DNA from: Vicinamibacterales bacterium
GTDB lineage: Bacteria > Acidobacteriota > Vicinamibacteria > Vicinamibacterales > UBA8438
DNA: 64,000 nt
Assembly: GCA_965223015.1 (NCBI GenBank)
Contig: CBDCVL010000004.1
Span: forward strand, 310,687 to 374,686
Direction of reading: 5' to 3'
Of this stretch, positions 10,766-21,243 are shown piece by piece. Made by a program: the position numbers and the translations under genes. Positions within the stretch are counted from its first letter, which is position 1, and each line of letters starts with the position of its first letter. The notes under the pieces were generated by a model. The model worked only from the letters and a program-made list of their open reading frames with translations, made no database searches and was not told the origin of the DNA.

Positions 10766-10773
10766 CCGACGTC

Positions 10774-11910
10774 ATGAGCCTCGACACACCACGCGTAGAC
10801 GCGAACTCTGCCTTCGACGCCGACGAGCTCGTGCTCAACATGGGGCCGCAGCACCCCAGCACTCATGGGGTGCTCCGGGTCATTCTTCGGCTCGACGGCG
10901 AGCGTGTCGTGCGAGCCGACTGCGTCATCGGCTACATCCATCGCGGTGTCGAGAAGCTGTGTGAGAACCGCGATTGGACGCAGATCATCCTGATCACGGA
11001 CCGGATGGACTACGTCGCCGCAGCAACGAGCAACCTCGGCTACTGCGAGGCGGTGGAAAAGCTGATGCAGGTCGAAGTGCCACGCCGGGCGCGATACATC
11101 CGCACGGTGTTGGCAGAGCTTCAGCGGATTGCCAGTCACTGTCTGTGGCTGGGCACGCACGCCATGGACATCGGTGCCATGACGGTACTGATGTACGCGT
11201 TTCGCGAGCGGGAACTGGTGCTTGACCTGTTCGAGGAGTACTGTGGCGCTCGGCTGACGTACAACTCGACCCGGGTCGGCGGGCTACCGCTGGACATCCC
11301 GTCAGGCTGGGACAAGAAGGTTCTGGCGTTTTGCGACTTGATGGAGCCCAAGCTCGAGGAGTACGAGCAGCTTCTGACCAACAACCGGATCTGGCTTCAG
11401 CGGACCCGCGACATCGGGGTCATTTCTGGCGACGAGGCCATTGCTCTCGGGCTGTGTGGTCCGCCCCTTCGAGGTTCCGGCGTGCCGCGGGATCTCCGAA
11501 AGGACGAGCCGAACGCGGCGTATGAGGAATTCGATTTTGATGTGCCGCTCGGGACGAAAGGCGACACCTACGACCGGTATCTGATCCGGATGGAGGAGTT
11601 CAGGCAGTCAATTCGGATCATTCGTCAGGCAGTTGAGGGGCTGCCCGAGGGACCGGTGATGGGGAAGGTGCCGCGTCTGCTCAAGCCGCCCGCAGGCGAA
11701 ACGTATCACGCGATCGAGTCGCCGAAAGGCGAGCTCGGGTTTTTCATCGTGAGCGACGGCAAGTCAACCAATCCGTACCGCTTCCGCGTTCGGCCGCCGT
11801 CGTTTTGCAATCTCCAGGGCCTGAGCCGAATGGTGGAAGGCCACCTCGTTGCCGATGTGGTCGCCTTGATCGGTACGATCGACATTGTGCTCGGAGAGGT
11901 CGACCGCTAG
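10774..11910 (+). CDS. nuoD: NADH-quinone oxidoreductase subunit D
   Basis: [15 protein letters not shown], ...[18 protein letters not shown], and a C-terminal [13 protein letters not shown]. Confidence 0.93.
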   Translation: MSLDTPRVDANSAFDADELVLNMGPQHPSTHGVLRVILRLDGERVVRADCVIGYIHRGVEKLCENRDWTQIILITDRMDYVAAATSNLGYCEAVEKLMQVEVPRRARYIRTVLAELQRIASHCLWLGTHAMDIGAMTVLMYAFRERELVLDLFEEYCGARLTYNSTRVGGLPLDIPSGWDKKVLAFCDLMEPKLEEYEQLLTNNRIWLQRTRDIGVISGDEAIALGLCGPPLRGSGVPRDLRKDEPNAAYEEFDFDVPLGTKGDTYDRYLIRMEEFRQSIRIIRQAVEGLPEGPVMGKVPRLLKPPAGETYHAIESPKGELGFFIVSDGKSTNPYRFRVRPPSFCNLQGLSRMVEGHLVADVVALIGTIDIVLGEVDR

Positions 11911-11931
11911 CGGGATCAAGAGCGACCTATC

Positions 11932-12933
11932 ATGATCGACACCCTGGTCATTCCGCTTCTGAAGATCGCGGTCCTACTGAACGCACTCTTGGTCTCGGTG
12001 ACGTTCCTTGTCTTGATGGAGCGGAAGGTGATTGCGTGGGCGCAGTCCCGCCTCGGACCGATGCGGGCCGGCCCGCACGGCATCCTTCAGGCGATCGCTG
12101 ATCCGATCAAGCTGATTCTCAAGGAAGACATTACGCCTGCCAAGGCAGACAAGTGGGTGTTCACCCTGGCGCCGATCATGAGTCTGGTGCCGGCGCTGGT
12201 GGTGTTTTCGGTCGTCCCCTTTGGCCCCGATCCCCTGTGGCATTACGTCAGCGACATCAACGTTGGCCTCCTATTCATCGTGGCGGTCACATCGATCGGC
12301 GTCTACGGGATCATCCTTGGCGGATGGGCGTCAAACAGCAAGTATCCGTTGCTGTCGAGTCTCCGCGCGTCGGCACAGCTGATCAGCTACGAGATCGCTG
12401 TGACCATCACGCTTGTGAGTGTAATTCTGACCGCCGGCACACTGAGTTTGGTCGAGATCGTCGAAGCTCAACAGGAGGCGGGCGTGTGGTTCGGCTTTGT
12501 CCAGCCTGTTGCGTTGGTGCTCGTGTTCATCGGTGGGCTCGCCGAAACCAACCGCATTCCGTTCGATCTGCCGGAGGCGGAAACGGAGCTCACAGGTGGA
12601 TTTCACACCGAGTACAGCGGGATGCGCTTCTCGCTCTTCTTCCTGGCCGAGTACGCCAACATCATCGTGATCTCCGCCGTCGTCGTGATCATGTTCCTCG
12701 GGGGGTGGCTTCGGCCGTTCCCCAGCGTGGGGGCGCTGGCCTTTCTCGACATCATTCCGAGTTGGATCTGGTTCATCGGAAAGATCTTCTTCTTTCTCTA
12801 TGTGTTTATCTGGCTTCGGGCCACGCTTCCACGCTATCGGTATGACCAGCTGATGCATCTGGGCTGGAAGGTCCTGATCCCGATTGCCCTCGTCAACCTT
12901 GTCGTGACCGGCATCGCGAAGGTCGTTTTCTGA
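11932..12933 (+). CDS. nuoH: NADH-quinone oxidoreductase subunit H
   Basis: MERKVIAWAQSRLGPMRAGPHGILQAIADPIKL, AETNRIPFDLPEAETELTGGFHTEYSGM. Confidence 0.93.
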   Translation: MIDTLVIPLLKIAVLLNALLVSVTFLVLMERKVIAWAQSRLGPMRAGPHGILQAIADPIKLILKEDITPAKADKWVFTLAPIMSLVPALVVFSVVPFGPDPLWHYVSDINVGLLFIVAVTSIGVYGIILGGWASNSKYPLLSSLRASAQLISYEIAVTITLVSVILTAGTLSLVEIVEAQQEAGVWFGFVQPVALVLVFIGGLAETNRIPFDLPEAETELTGGFHTEYSGMRFSLFFLAEYANIIVISAVVVIMFLGGWLRPFPSVGALAFLDIIPSWIWFIGKIFFFLYVFIWLRATLPRYRYDQLMHLGWKVLIPIALVNLVVTGIAKVVF

Positions 12934-12940
12934 GATTCTG

Positions 12941-13465
12941 ATGTCTGTCGACGCATTTGTGTTCTACCTACTGGCGACGCTGATTGTGGGTCTGGGAATT
13001 CTGGTGATCACCGCCCGGAGCGCCGTCCATAGCGTCCTGTTCCTCGTGTTGGATTTTCTGTTTGTCGCAGCGCTGTACGTCACGCTGAACGCCGAGTTTC
13101 TTGCCGTCATCCAAGTGATGGTGTACGCCGGCGGTATCGTGGTCCTGTACCTCTTCGTTGTCATGCTGGTCAATCTCAAGCGGGCCCCCGAGGCGCACGC
13201 TGACAGCCGTCGGCTAGGCGTGGTCGGTATGGCTCTGGCTGGGGTGGTCCTCCTCGAGCTCGTTGCAATCGCCGTGTCGTCGCCAGGGGCTGGGCCGGCC
13301 GTCGGCCGGCCAACAGCGCAACTCCCGGCTGGGATGGCCGGTGGCAATACGCAGGAGCTCGGATGGGTGCTGTACACCGATTATCTGATTCCGTTCGAGC
13401 TGGCGTCGATGCTGTTGTTGGTCGCAATGATCGGCGCGATCATTCTGGCGAGACGAAGCCTGTAG
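12941..13465 (+). CDS. nuoJ: NADH-quinone oxidoreductase subunit J
   Basis: 174 aa membrane protein ([26 protein letters not shown]). Its position between nuoH and nuoK also fits. Confidence 0.85.
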   Translation: MSVDAFVFYLLATLIVGLGILVITARSAVHSVLFLVLDFLFVAALYVTLNAEFLAVIQVMVYAGGIVVLYLFVVMLVNLKRAPEAHADSRRLGVVGMALAGVVLLELVAIAVSSPGAGPAVGRPTAQLPAGMAGGNTQELGWVLYTDYLIPFELASMLLLVAMIGAIILARRSL

Positions 13466-13473
13466 GTATCATC

Positions 13474-13782
13474 GTGCTCGAGATCTCACTGCTTCACTAT
13501 CAGCTACTGGCGGCGGCGCTGTTCATGATCGGTGTGATCGGTGTTCTCGTACGACGGAACATCATCATCATCTTCATGTCGATCGAGCTGATTCTGAATG
13601 CCGTCAACATCAATCTCGTGGCCCTGTCGAATCAGTTCGGAAACCTTTCAGGACAGGTGTTCGTGGTGTTCATCATCGCCGTGGCGGCCGCGGAGGCGGC
13701 TGTGGGGCTCGGAATCCTGCTGGCGTTCTATCGCAACAAAGAGTCCGTGAACATCGATGAGATGACGATCATGCGGTGGTAG
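13474..13782 (+). CDS. nuoK: NADH-quinone oxidoreductase subunit K
   Basis: From the GTG at 13474: [56 protein letters not shown]. This is canonical NuoK of about 102 aa. Confidence 0.85.
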   Translation: MLEISLLHYQLLAAALFMIGVIGVLVRRNIIIIFMSIELILNAVNINLVALSNQFGNLSGQVFVVFIIAVAAAEAAVGLGILLAFYRNKESVNIDEMTIMRW

Positions 13783-13845
13783 CGGCTGAAGGACTCACAC
13801 GACAATCGACGACGCTCGACCCACGACTGACGACTAACGACCTTT

Positions 13846-15948
13846 ATGGATCTCATCTGGCTCATCCCGATACTCCCGGGAATCGGCGCCGCGCTCAACG
13901 GAATCGTCGGTATCCGCTACTTCAGCAAGCGGACGGCCGGTCTCGTGGCATGCGGCACGATGGCGGCGGCTTTCGTTCTGTCGGCCACGGCGTTCGTGCA
14001 GCTGCTGGGCCTGGAGGCGAAGGAGCGCTTCCATCGCGTGCCCGTCGCTGACTGGATTCCTCCGATTCCCCTCCAGACGGTCGACGGAATGGGAGCGTTC
14101 GAAGTGCCGTGGGAGTTCGTCCTGGACCCGCTCTCCGGGATGATGATTCTGGTCGTCACGGGCATCGGGTTTCTCATTCACGTGTACTCGACTGCCTACA
14201 TGGACCACGAGCCACGTGGTGCCTACGCCAGGTTTTTCTGTTACCTCAACCTCTTCTGCTTCTTCATGCTGACGCTCGTGCTGGGGAGCACGTTCCTGGT
14301 CATGTTCGTTGGCTGGGAGGGGGTCGGGCTCTGTTCGTATCTCCTCATCGGGTTTTGGTATCACAAGAAGAGCGCGACTGATGCCGGGAAGAAAGCGTTC
14401 ATCGTCAACCGGATTGGTGACTGGGGCTTCGTGCTCGGAATCTTTCTTGTCTTCTTCACGTTCGGGACTCTTGATTTTCACGATGTCGCAGAGGCGGCGT
14501 CGCACATGCCGCTCCAAACCGGCCTGTTTGCCGGCATCCCGCTGATTTGCCTGTTTCTCTTTATTGGCGCAATCGGCAAGAGCGCCCAGATACCACTTTA
14601 CGTCTGGCTGCCAGACGCGATGGAAGGGCCGACGCCGGTTTCTGCCCTTATCCATGCGGCGACGATGGTGACTGCCGGCGTCTACATGGTCTGCAGGAAT
14701 GCGGTGCTGTTTACGCAGGCGCCGGACGTGATGATGGTTGTTGCGGTCATTGGTGCCGCCACGGCGTTGGTGGCGGCGACGATTGCCCTGGTCCAGACTG
14801 ATATCAAGAAGGTCCTAGCTTATTCAACCGTGTCGCAGCTCGGATACATGTTCCTGGCGACCGGTGTCGGAGCGTTCGGTGCAGCCGCCTTCCATCTCAT
14901 GACCCATGCCTTCTTTAAGGCGCTGTTGTTCCTTGGGAGCGGGTCGGTCATCCACGCAATGAACGATGAGCAGGAGATGACCAAGATGGGCGGCTTGCGT
15001 CAGTACATGCCGACCACCTTCGTCACGATGTTCGTCGGCGCGCTGGCGATCGCCGGTGTGCCTCTGCTGTCCGGGTTCTTCAGCAAGGACGAAATCCTGT
15101 ATTACACCTTTCTCGAAAACCCGGTACTGTGGGTCGTCGGAGCCGTCACGGCCTTGATGACGGCCTTTTACATGTTCCGACTGATCTACATGACCTTCTA
15201 CGGCGAGTACCGCGGACCGTCGTGGGACCACGCGCCTGACGACGGGCACGACGGTGGACATGACGACCACGGTGGTCACGCGTGGCACGGTCCCCACGAG
15301 TCCCCGCGCGCGATGACGATTCCGTTGATGGTGCTGGCGGTCGGCGCGGTCGCGGCCGGGTACGTCGGGATCCCCGCCGTGCTCGGTGAACCGGTTGGCA
15401 TCGCAAATGCCATCGAGCACTATTTGGAGCCGAGCTTCGTGGCCGGCGAGGGTGAGCACGCCGAAGAAGCGCACCATATGTCAGCTGGCGAGCTTGCGCT
15501 CATGGTGTTTTCTATCCTCCTCGCCTTCGGCGGCATCCTCCTGGCACGACGCAACTACGTGCAGCAGCCAGAGGTGTCGACTCAGTGGGCCCAGCGGTGG
15601 GACGGGCCTCACCGCATACTGACCAACAAGTACTACGTCGACGAGGCGTACGACGCGACGTTCGTGGCTGGCACCATGTCGGGCGCACGAGGCCTGTTCG
15701 CCTTCGACCGACGTGTCGTCGACGGCGTCGTCAATGGCACCGGGTGGACGACGATCGTGCTTTCGTGGATATCCCATGTCCTGGACAAGTACGTCGTGGA
15801 CGGGATCGTGAACGTGGTCGGTGGAGCGTGTCGCGAGGCGAGTTATAGCGTGCGACGTGTTCAGACCGGCCTCATCCAGAACTACGCGTTCGCGACCGTG
15901 TTTGGCGTGTTCGCGTTCGTTACGTGGTATCTCATCTCAAGATCATGA
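13846..15948 (+). CDS. nuoL: NADH-quinone oxidoreductase subunit L
   Basis: 700 aa antiporter-like subunit (WEGVGLCSYLLIGFWY, GKSAQIPLYVWLPDAMEGPTPVSALIHAATMV). Confidence 0.93.
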   Translation: MDLIWLIPILPGIGAALNGIVGIRYFSKRTAGLVACGTMAAAFVLSATAFVQLLGLEAKERFHRVPVADWIPPIPLQTVDGMGAFEVPWEFVLDPLSGMMILVVTGIGFLIHVYSTAYMDHEPRGAYARFFCYLNLFCFFMLTLVLGSTFLVMFVGWEGVGLCSYLLIGFWYHKKSATDAGKKAFIVNRIGDWGFVLGIFLVFFTFGTLDFHDVAEAASHMPLQTGLFAGIPLICLFLFIGAIGKSAQIPLYVWLPDAMEGPTPVSALIHAATMVTAGVYMVCRNAVLFTQAPDVMMVVAVIGAATALVAATIALVQTDIKKVLAYSTVSQLGYMFLATGVGAFGAAAFHLMTHAFFKALLFLGSGSVIHAMNDEQEMTKMGGLRQYMPTTFVTMFVGALAIAGVPLLSGFFSKDEILYYTFLENPVLWVVGAVTALMTAFYMFRLIYMTFYGEYRGPSWDHAPDDGHDGGHDDHGGHAWHGPHESPRAMTIPLMVLAVGAVAAGYVGIPAVLGEPVGIANAIEHYLEPSFVAGEGEHAEEAHHMSAGELALMVFSILLAFGGILLARRNYVQQPEVSTQWAQRWDGPHRILTNKYYVDEAYDATFVAGTMSGARGLFAFDRRVVDGVVNGTGWTTIVLSWISHVLDKYVVDGIVNVVGGACREASYSVRRVQTGLIQNYAFATVFGVFAFVTWYLISRS

Positions 15949-17528
15949 GCGAAGCCGATTTCCCGCTGTTGTCGTTAATCCTGTTCACGCCGCTCCTGGG
16001 CGCGGGCGTCTTGCTGTTCACTAACAAGCACAGCGAAGACACGATCCGTTGGGTCGCCAATATCTTCGCCGGCCTTGGCTTCCTTGTCTCGCTACCGCTC
16101 TGGTTCGTCTACGACGCGACCAACCCGAGTTGGCAGTTGGTCGAGCGCCACACCTGGATTCCGTCGATCGGGGCCGACTATTTCCTCGGAGTCGACGGGT
16201 TCAGCGTCTTGCTGGTCCTGCTCACGACGATGATGGGCGTTGTCGCGATTTTGTCCTCATGGACGGCGATCACGGTCAGGGTCAAGGAGTACTACATTTT
16301 TCTCCTCGTGCTGCAGACCGGCATGATCGGGGCGTTCGTGTCACTGGACTTCCTGCTGTTCTTCCTATTCTGGGAAGTGATGCTGGTCCCGATGTACTTT
16401 CTGATCGGGATCTGGGGCAGTAGCAACCGACTCTACTCGGCGATCAAGTTCTTCCTCTTCACACTGGTCGGTAGCGTCGTGATGTTGCTCGGCATACTGG
16501 CCGTCTATTTCCACCACGCCGAGGTGACTGGCATCTATTCGTTCGACATCACGCAGTTCCAGCAGTTGGACATGCCTGCGAATCTGCAGTGGTGGGTGTT
16601 CCTCGCGTTCTTCCTCGGGTTCGCCGTCAAGGTTCCGATGTTTCCGTTTCATACGTGGCTCCCCGACGCGCATACAGATGCGCCGACGGCCGGGTCGGTG
16701 ATCCTGGCGGCGGTGCTCCTGAAGATGGGCACGTATGGATTCATTCGATTCAGCTTGCCGATCCTGCCAGAAGCGACAGTCGCGTTTGTTCCGTGGGTGG
16801 TCGGGCTGTCGATCATCGGCATCATCTATGGGGCGCTGGTCGCCATGGCCCAGAGCGACTGGAAACGGCTCGTGGCGTACTCCTCGGTCAGCCATATGGG
16901 CATGGTGATGCTGGGGCTCTTTGCCCTGAACACGGTTGGAATTACCGGGAGCATCGTCCAGCAGCTCAACCACGGGATTTCGACGGGCGCGCTCTTCTTG
17001 ATCGTCGGTATCGTCTACGAGCGCCGGCATACGCGTGAGATTTCGGAGTACGGAGGCCTGTCGAAGGTGATGCCGGTGTACGCGGCCGTCTTCTTGATCA
17101 TGACGATGTCGTCGATCGGGCTACCCGCTCTGAACGGCTTCATCGGGGAAGTGCTGATCCTTCAGGGTGTGTTCGTCGAGAATATTTGGTGGGCGGCCAC
17201 CGCGGCGGCTGGGATCGTGTTGGGCGCAGCGTACATGCTGCGGCTGTATCAGCGAACGATGTTCGGAGAGGTGACCAATTCGAAGAACGAGGAGCTTGCC
17301 GACCTGAGCCTGCGTGAGTTCGCAACGTTCGTGCCGCTGTTGGTGTTGGCCGTGTGGATCGGTCTCTACCCGAAGCCGTTCATCGAACGATTGGAGACGT
17401 CGGTGGAGCGCGTCATGATTCGGGTCGAACCCGCCAGAAACCCACAACCGCTCTTGGCGGCCGCCGAGGTCGGGCAGGATGGAACGGACGGCAGCACCGT
17501 TGCACCGGTACGCGGAGGGACCCGATAG
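15945..17528 (+). CDS. nuoM: NADH-quinone oxidoreductase subunit M
   Basis: The ATG at 15945 overlaps the nuoL stop (ATGA). FHTWLPDAHTDAPTAGSVILAAVLLKMGTYG. Confidence 0.92.
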   Translation: MSEADFPLLSLILFTPLLGAGVLLFTNKHSEDTIRWVANIFAGLGFLVSLPLWFVYDATNPSWQLVERHTWIPSIGADYFLGVDGFSVLLVLLTTMMGVVAILSSWTAITVRVKEYYIFLLVLQTGMIGAFVSLDFLLFFLFWEVMLVPMYFLIGIWGSSNRLYSAIKFFLFTLVGSVVMLLGILAVYFHHAEVTGIYSFDITQFQQLDMPANLQWWVFLAFFLGFAVKVPMFPFHTWLPDAHTDAPTAGSVILAAVLLKMGTYGFIRFSLPILPEATVAFVPWVVGLSIIGIIYGALVAMAQSDWKRLVAYSSVSHMGMVMLGLFALNTVGITGSIVQQLNHGISTGALFLIVGIVYERRHTREISEYGGLSKVMPVYAAVFLIMTMSSIGLPALNGFIGEVLILQGVFVENIWWAATAAAGIVLGAAYMLRLYQRTMFGEVTNSKNEELADLSLREFATFVPLLVLAVWIGLYPKPFIERLETSVERVMIRVEPARNPQPLLAAAEVGQDGTDGSTVAPVRGGTR

Positions 17529-18995
17529 ATGCCAGCTGGTTTCACCGCGGCCGACTTCACCAACATCTTCCCCGAGATCGCGCTCACGATTGGTGCGCTG
17601 GTCGTCTTGGTGGTCGGGCTGTTGGGCCGTGACCGTGACCGTCTGGCGTTTCCTCTGACACTCGTGACGCTCGGTGTGACGGCTGTGCTCCTGCTCCAAT
17701 TGGCCGGCGTTGATGCATCGGCGTCAAGAGGACTGCTGGCGATCGACGGGTTTGCGCTCTTTTTTAAACTGGTGTTCGTGCTCGCTGCCGCGATCACCGT
17801 ACTGATGTCCTCGGCCTATCTTCGGGTTGAGGGTCTCCGCGGATGCGAGTACTACTTCCTGATCCTGTGCGCGACGCTCGGGATGATGTTCATGGCGAGC
17901 GGGGTCGACCTCATTGCTCTGTTCATCGGGCTCGAGACGATGGCCGTGTCGTTCTACATCCTGGCCGCGTTTCTCAAACCGAGCCAACGATCGAACGAAG
18001 CCGGCGTCAAGTACTACCTACTCGGCGCGTTTTCCACCGGCATTCTGCTTTACGGCATGTCGTTGCTCTACGGCTTGTCCGGGTCGACTCGCCTGAGCGA
18101 AATCGCTGTCGCGGTTGGTCCGCCGTCAAGCAGCATGGCGCTCCTGGCGGTTGTCCTCGTGGGGGCCGGCATGGCCTTCAAGATTGCTGCAGTGCCGTTC
18201 CACATGTGGGCGCCCGACGTCTACGAAGGGGCGCCGACGCCGGTGACGGCATTCCTTTCTGTTGGGTCCAAGGCAGCCGCGTTCGCGATGCTACTCAGGC
18301 TGTTCGTGGAGGGGCTCCCGGCCATCACGCCTGACTGGCAGGAGCTCTTCTGGTGGCTGGCCGTGCTGACGATGACAGTTGGGAACATCGCAGCGATCAC
18401 GCAAAGCAATACCAAACGCATGCTCGCGTACTCTTCAATCGCGCACTCCGGGTACGTGATGATCGGTATCGTGGCCGGGACGTCGCGTGGCTGGACCGCG
18501 GCGCTCGTCTATCTGTTCGTCTATCTCTTTATGCAGCTTGGCGCCTTCGCGATCGTGACTGCGCTCCGACGGCGAGACGTGATCGGTGACGAGCTGAAGG
18601 ACTTGAGCGGGCTCTATTTCCGGAATCCTTTTGCGGCGATTGCGATGCTCGTCTTCATGTTGTCGCTCGGTGGGATCCCACCCACCGCGGGATTCATGGG
18701 CAAGATCTGGATCTTCGGGGCGGCGATTGATCAAGGATTCGTGGCCCTGGCCGTCATCGGCGTAGTCAACAGCGCAATCTCGATCTTCTACTACATCCGC
18801 GTCGTCGTGTTCATGTGGATTCGCGAAGAAGTGATGGGATCGGAGATTCTCATCGGTCCCGCCATGGCGACCGCGCTCGTGATTACCCTGGTCGGGAGCG
18901 TCGTGTTTGGCCTGTATCCGCAACCGCTCTTCGAGCAGGCCCAGGCGGCGGCTGAGACGCTTGGGGCGGCCGCATTCGCCACCGTCCTACGCTAG
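17529..18995 (+). CDS. nuoN: NADH-quinone oxidoreductase subunit N
   Basis: 488 aa. It starts directly after the nuoM stop. FHMWAPDVYEGAPTPVTAFLSVGSKAAAF. Confidence 0.9.
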   Translation: MPAGFTAADFTNIFPEIALTIGALVVLVVGLLGRDRDRLAFPLTLVTLGVTAVLLLQLAGVDASASRGLLAIDGFALFFKLVFVLAAAITVLMSSAYLRVEGLRGCEYYFLILCATLGMMFMASGVDLIALFIGLETMAVSFYILAAFLKPSQRSNEAGVKYYLLGAFSTGILLYGMSLLYGLSGSTRLSEIAVAVGPPSSSMALLAVVLVGAGMAFKIAAVPFHMWAPDVYEGAPTPVTAFLSVGSKAAAFAMLLRLFVEGLPAITPDWQELFWWLAVLTMTVGNIAAITQSNTKRMLAYSSIAHSGYVMIGIVAGTSRGWTAALVYLFVYLFMQLGAFAIVTALRRRDVIGDELKDLSGLYFRNPFAAIAMLVFMLSLGGIPPTAGFMGKIWIFGAAIDQGFVALAVIGVVNSAISIFYYIRVVVFMWIREEVMGSEILIGPAMATALVITLVGSVVFGLYPQPLFEQAQAAAETLGAAAFATVLR

Positions 18996-19035
18996 TCCCT
19001 CGGGTACGAACCTGCGGCGCCTGCCCATCCTATCC

Positions 19036-19092
19036 CGTGCCAACATGGCACTGGCACCTGCTTGACTCCGATAGCCGGCGGGCATCGCCGGC
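19036..19092. terminator. two GC-rich hairpins in the convergent nuoN/atpF intergenic region
   Basis: GTGCC-AACAT-GGCAC (about 19036-19052) and GCCGGCG-GGCAT-CGCCGGC (19074-19092). There is no clear U-tract, so bidirectional terminator function is only guessed. Confidence 0.25.
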
Positions 19093-19149
19093 CGGACATC
19101 CATCCAATAGCCGCTGGGCGCCGCGACACGACCGGCACGAATGGTGGGA

Positions 19150-19662
19150 TCAGGCCTGAGGGGGCTGTACCTGCTTGAGTGCGTTCTCAATGAGCGCGTC
19201 GTTGTCCTCTTTCGAGATGTTGCGCTGAATGAGTTTGGAGGCGATCATGAGCGACAGGTCGACCGCTTCCTCCCGGATCTGGGAGAGTGACTGGTCGGTC
19301 TGCTGCTGGATCTGGCGCTCGGCATTCTTGATGATGCCGTCTGCCTCGGCCCGCGCCTTCCCACGCAGCTCTTCCTGAAGCTTGGCCGCATCGGCGCGGC
19401 TGACGGCGACGATCGCGTCAGCATCGGCGCGGGCCTTGGCGACGATCCTACTCGACTCCTGTTGGACCTGCTCGAGCTCCTGCTTCGCCTGATCGGCGTC
19501 GCTCAGGGACTTCTCGATCATCTGCCGCCGACTCTCGAGCGCCTGCAGCAGTGGTCTCCAGGCGAACTTCGACAGGAGGTAGAGCAGGACCAGAAAGGTC
19601 GCGATCGTCCAGATGAACAACCCTGGATCCGGCTGAACGAGTGGATTATCCATGACTCCCAT
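19150..19662 (-). CDS. atpF: F0F1 ATP synthase subunit b
   Basis: 170 aa with one N-terminal TM helix (LFIWTIATFLVLLYLLSKFAWRPL) followed by a long charged helix. It lies downstream of atpE. Confidence 0.85.
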   Translation of the reverse strand: MGVMDNPLVQPDPGLFIWTIATFLVLLYLLSKFAWRPLLQALESRRQMIEKSLSDADQAKQELEQVQQESSRIVAKARADADAIVAVSRADAAKLQEELRGKARAEADGIIKNAERQIQQQTDQSLSQIREEAVDLSLMIASKLIQRNISKEDNDALIENALKQVQPPQA

Positions 19663-19688
19663 CGAGATAGGTCTACGGAGCGGAATCC

Positions 19689-19913
19689 CTACTGCAGCAA
19701 GACAATCAGGAGCACGAAGACCTCCGCCAGGATGGCCACGCCTTCGAGCAGGAACAAGGGGAGATTGATCGCGCCTGTGATCTTATCGGCGGCTCCTGGC
19801 TGACGAGCAACGCCCTCAGCCGCAGCAGCCGCGAACTTTCCAATGCCAAGCCCCGCGCCGATGACGATCAGACCTAGGCCGATTGCGGCGCCAAAATAGT
19901 GAAGAACTTCCAT
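19689..19913 (-). CDS. atpE: F0F1 ATP synthase subunit c
   Basis: 74-aa hairpin proteolipid (GLGIG..ARQPGA...FLLEGVAILA). Confidence 0.92.
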   Translation of the reverse strand: MEVLHYFGAAIGLGLIVIGAGLGIGKFAAAAAEGVARQPGAADKITGAINLPLFLLEGVAILAEVFVLLIVLLQ

Positions 19914-19933
19914 GCGGGTGAACCCTCCGTTCC

Positions 19934-20887
19934 TTAGTGGTGCACGTTGATCGCCATGCCAATGAACACGGCGGTGAGGAGTGTAAAGACGTAAGCCTGA
20001 ACCATAACCACAATGAGTTCGAGCGCCATGATACCGGTAGCGAGCGGTACCGATACTGCGATTCCGACGCCGATTCCGGCCAGCGAGCTAGAGAACACCT
20101 CGGTGAACAAGAAGACGAAGGACAGGATCGCCAGAATGGCAATGTGGCCGCCCGTCATGTTGGCCGCCAATCGCATGGTGAGCGCAAACGGCTTGACGAA
20201 CATTCCCATGACCTCGATCGGGATGAGCAAGACATAGAGCGGCTTCGCCAGGCCGCTTGGTACGAGGTTGACCCAGTGCTGTACGAATCCGTGAGCCTTT
20301 GTGCCGGCCACGATGATCGACATGAACGTGATGGTTGCCAGTGCCGCTGTCACGTTGAAGTTGGCCGTCGCCGTCGTCCCACCGTGCACGATGTTCTTGA
20401 TCACGGAGTGCTCCTCCGTGTGCAACACGGTGTGGTCGATCAGTCCGAGCAGGTCGAATAGCGGGATAAGGCCGATCGCGTTTGCTCCAAGGATGAACAC
20501 GAAGAAGGTCAGAATCAGCGGTGTCCAGGTGTGGACGAACTTCGGACCCACGTTCGGAAGCACGATCGAGTCGCGAACGAACTGAACGATGAACTCCAGA
20601 CCGCCCATGAGACCCGACGGAACCAGCCGCTCCTGCCTGAGATACCGTCGGGTCGTCACGGTGACCAGGGTAAACACGACGGCTGCCACGAACCAGAGCA
20701 TGAACACGTGCTTGGTCACAGAAAAATCGATGCCGAACACCGTTGGGAGGTGGATGATCGGATGGTCGAAACCCCCGTTGGCCACGTGCCCGATGATCAC
20801 CTCGCCGGCGTCGAACCCCTCCTCGGCGTGCTCGACGGCGTGTTCGGCGGGTTCGGCGGGTTCGGCGTGCTCGACAGGTTGGCTCAT
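19934..20887 (-). CDS. atpB: F0F1 ATP synthase subunit a
   Basis: Within ORF 19934..21382. The real start is the ATG at 20887 (MSQPVEHAEP..). LTMRLAANMTGGHI and the C-terminal LIVVMVQAYVFTLLTAVFIGMA are canonical. Confidence 0.9.
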   Translation of the reverse strand: MSQPVEHAEPAEPAEHAVEHAEEGFDAGEVIIGHVANGGFDHPIIHLPTVFGIDFSVTKHVFMLWFVAAVVFTLVTVTTRRYLRQERLVPSGLMGGLEFIVQFVRDSIVLPNVGPKFVHTWTPLILTFFVFILGANAIGLIPLFDLLGLIDHTVLHTEEHSVIKNIVHGGTTATANFNVTAALATITFMSIIVAGTKAHGFVQHWVNLVPSGLAKPLYVLLIPIEVMGMFVKPFALTMRLAANMTGGHIAILAILSFVFLFTEVFSSSLAGIGVGIAVSVPLATGIMALELIVVMVQAYVFTLLTAVFIGMAINVHH

Positions 20888-21243
20888 GAGGCTGATTGAG
20901 CGAATAGCGACCGAAGGAGAAAAGCTTCCGTGAGGTGCAGACCAATGAAGTACACGCAGAAGCTCGCGACGAACGGTATCGGGTTGAGCGAAGTCAGGGC
21001 GACGACAGCCGTCACGTAGGCTCCGTAGAGCACCATCTTGGCACCGAATGCCTTGACCAACAGCCTCATCAGCGCAGCAGGGTCTCGCCGATACGTTCGC
21101 TCGACGACCACCATGGTCGCGACTCCGACGACGAGAGGCCCAACCATACCCAGAACCAACTCCGTAGCCGACGCGGGTGCGGCCGAGGCTGCCGCCACCA
21201 CCATCAATACGCTCGCAGCGGTCAGATATACAGCTGACTTCAT
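20884..21243 (-). CDS. atpI: ATP synthase protein I-like small hydrophobic protein
   Basis: From the ATG at 21243 (MKSAVYLTAASVLMVV..). About 119 aa with 3-4 TM helices. It is positioned between the atpZ-like gene and atpB with 4-nt overlaps. Confidence 0.5.
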   Translation of the reverse strand: MKSAVYLTAASVLMVVAAASAAPASATELVLGMVGPLVVGVATMVVVERTYRRDPAALMRLLVKAFGAKMVLYGAYVTAVVALTSLNPIPFVASFCVYFIGLHLTEAFLLRSLFAQSAS

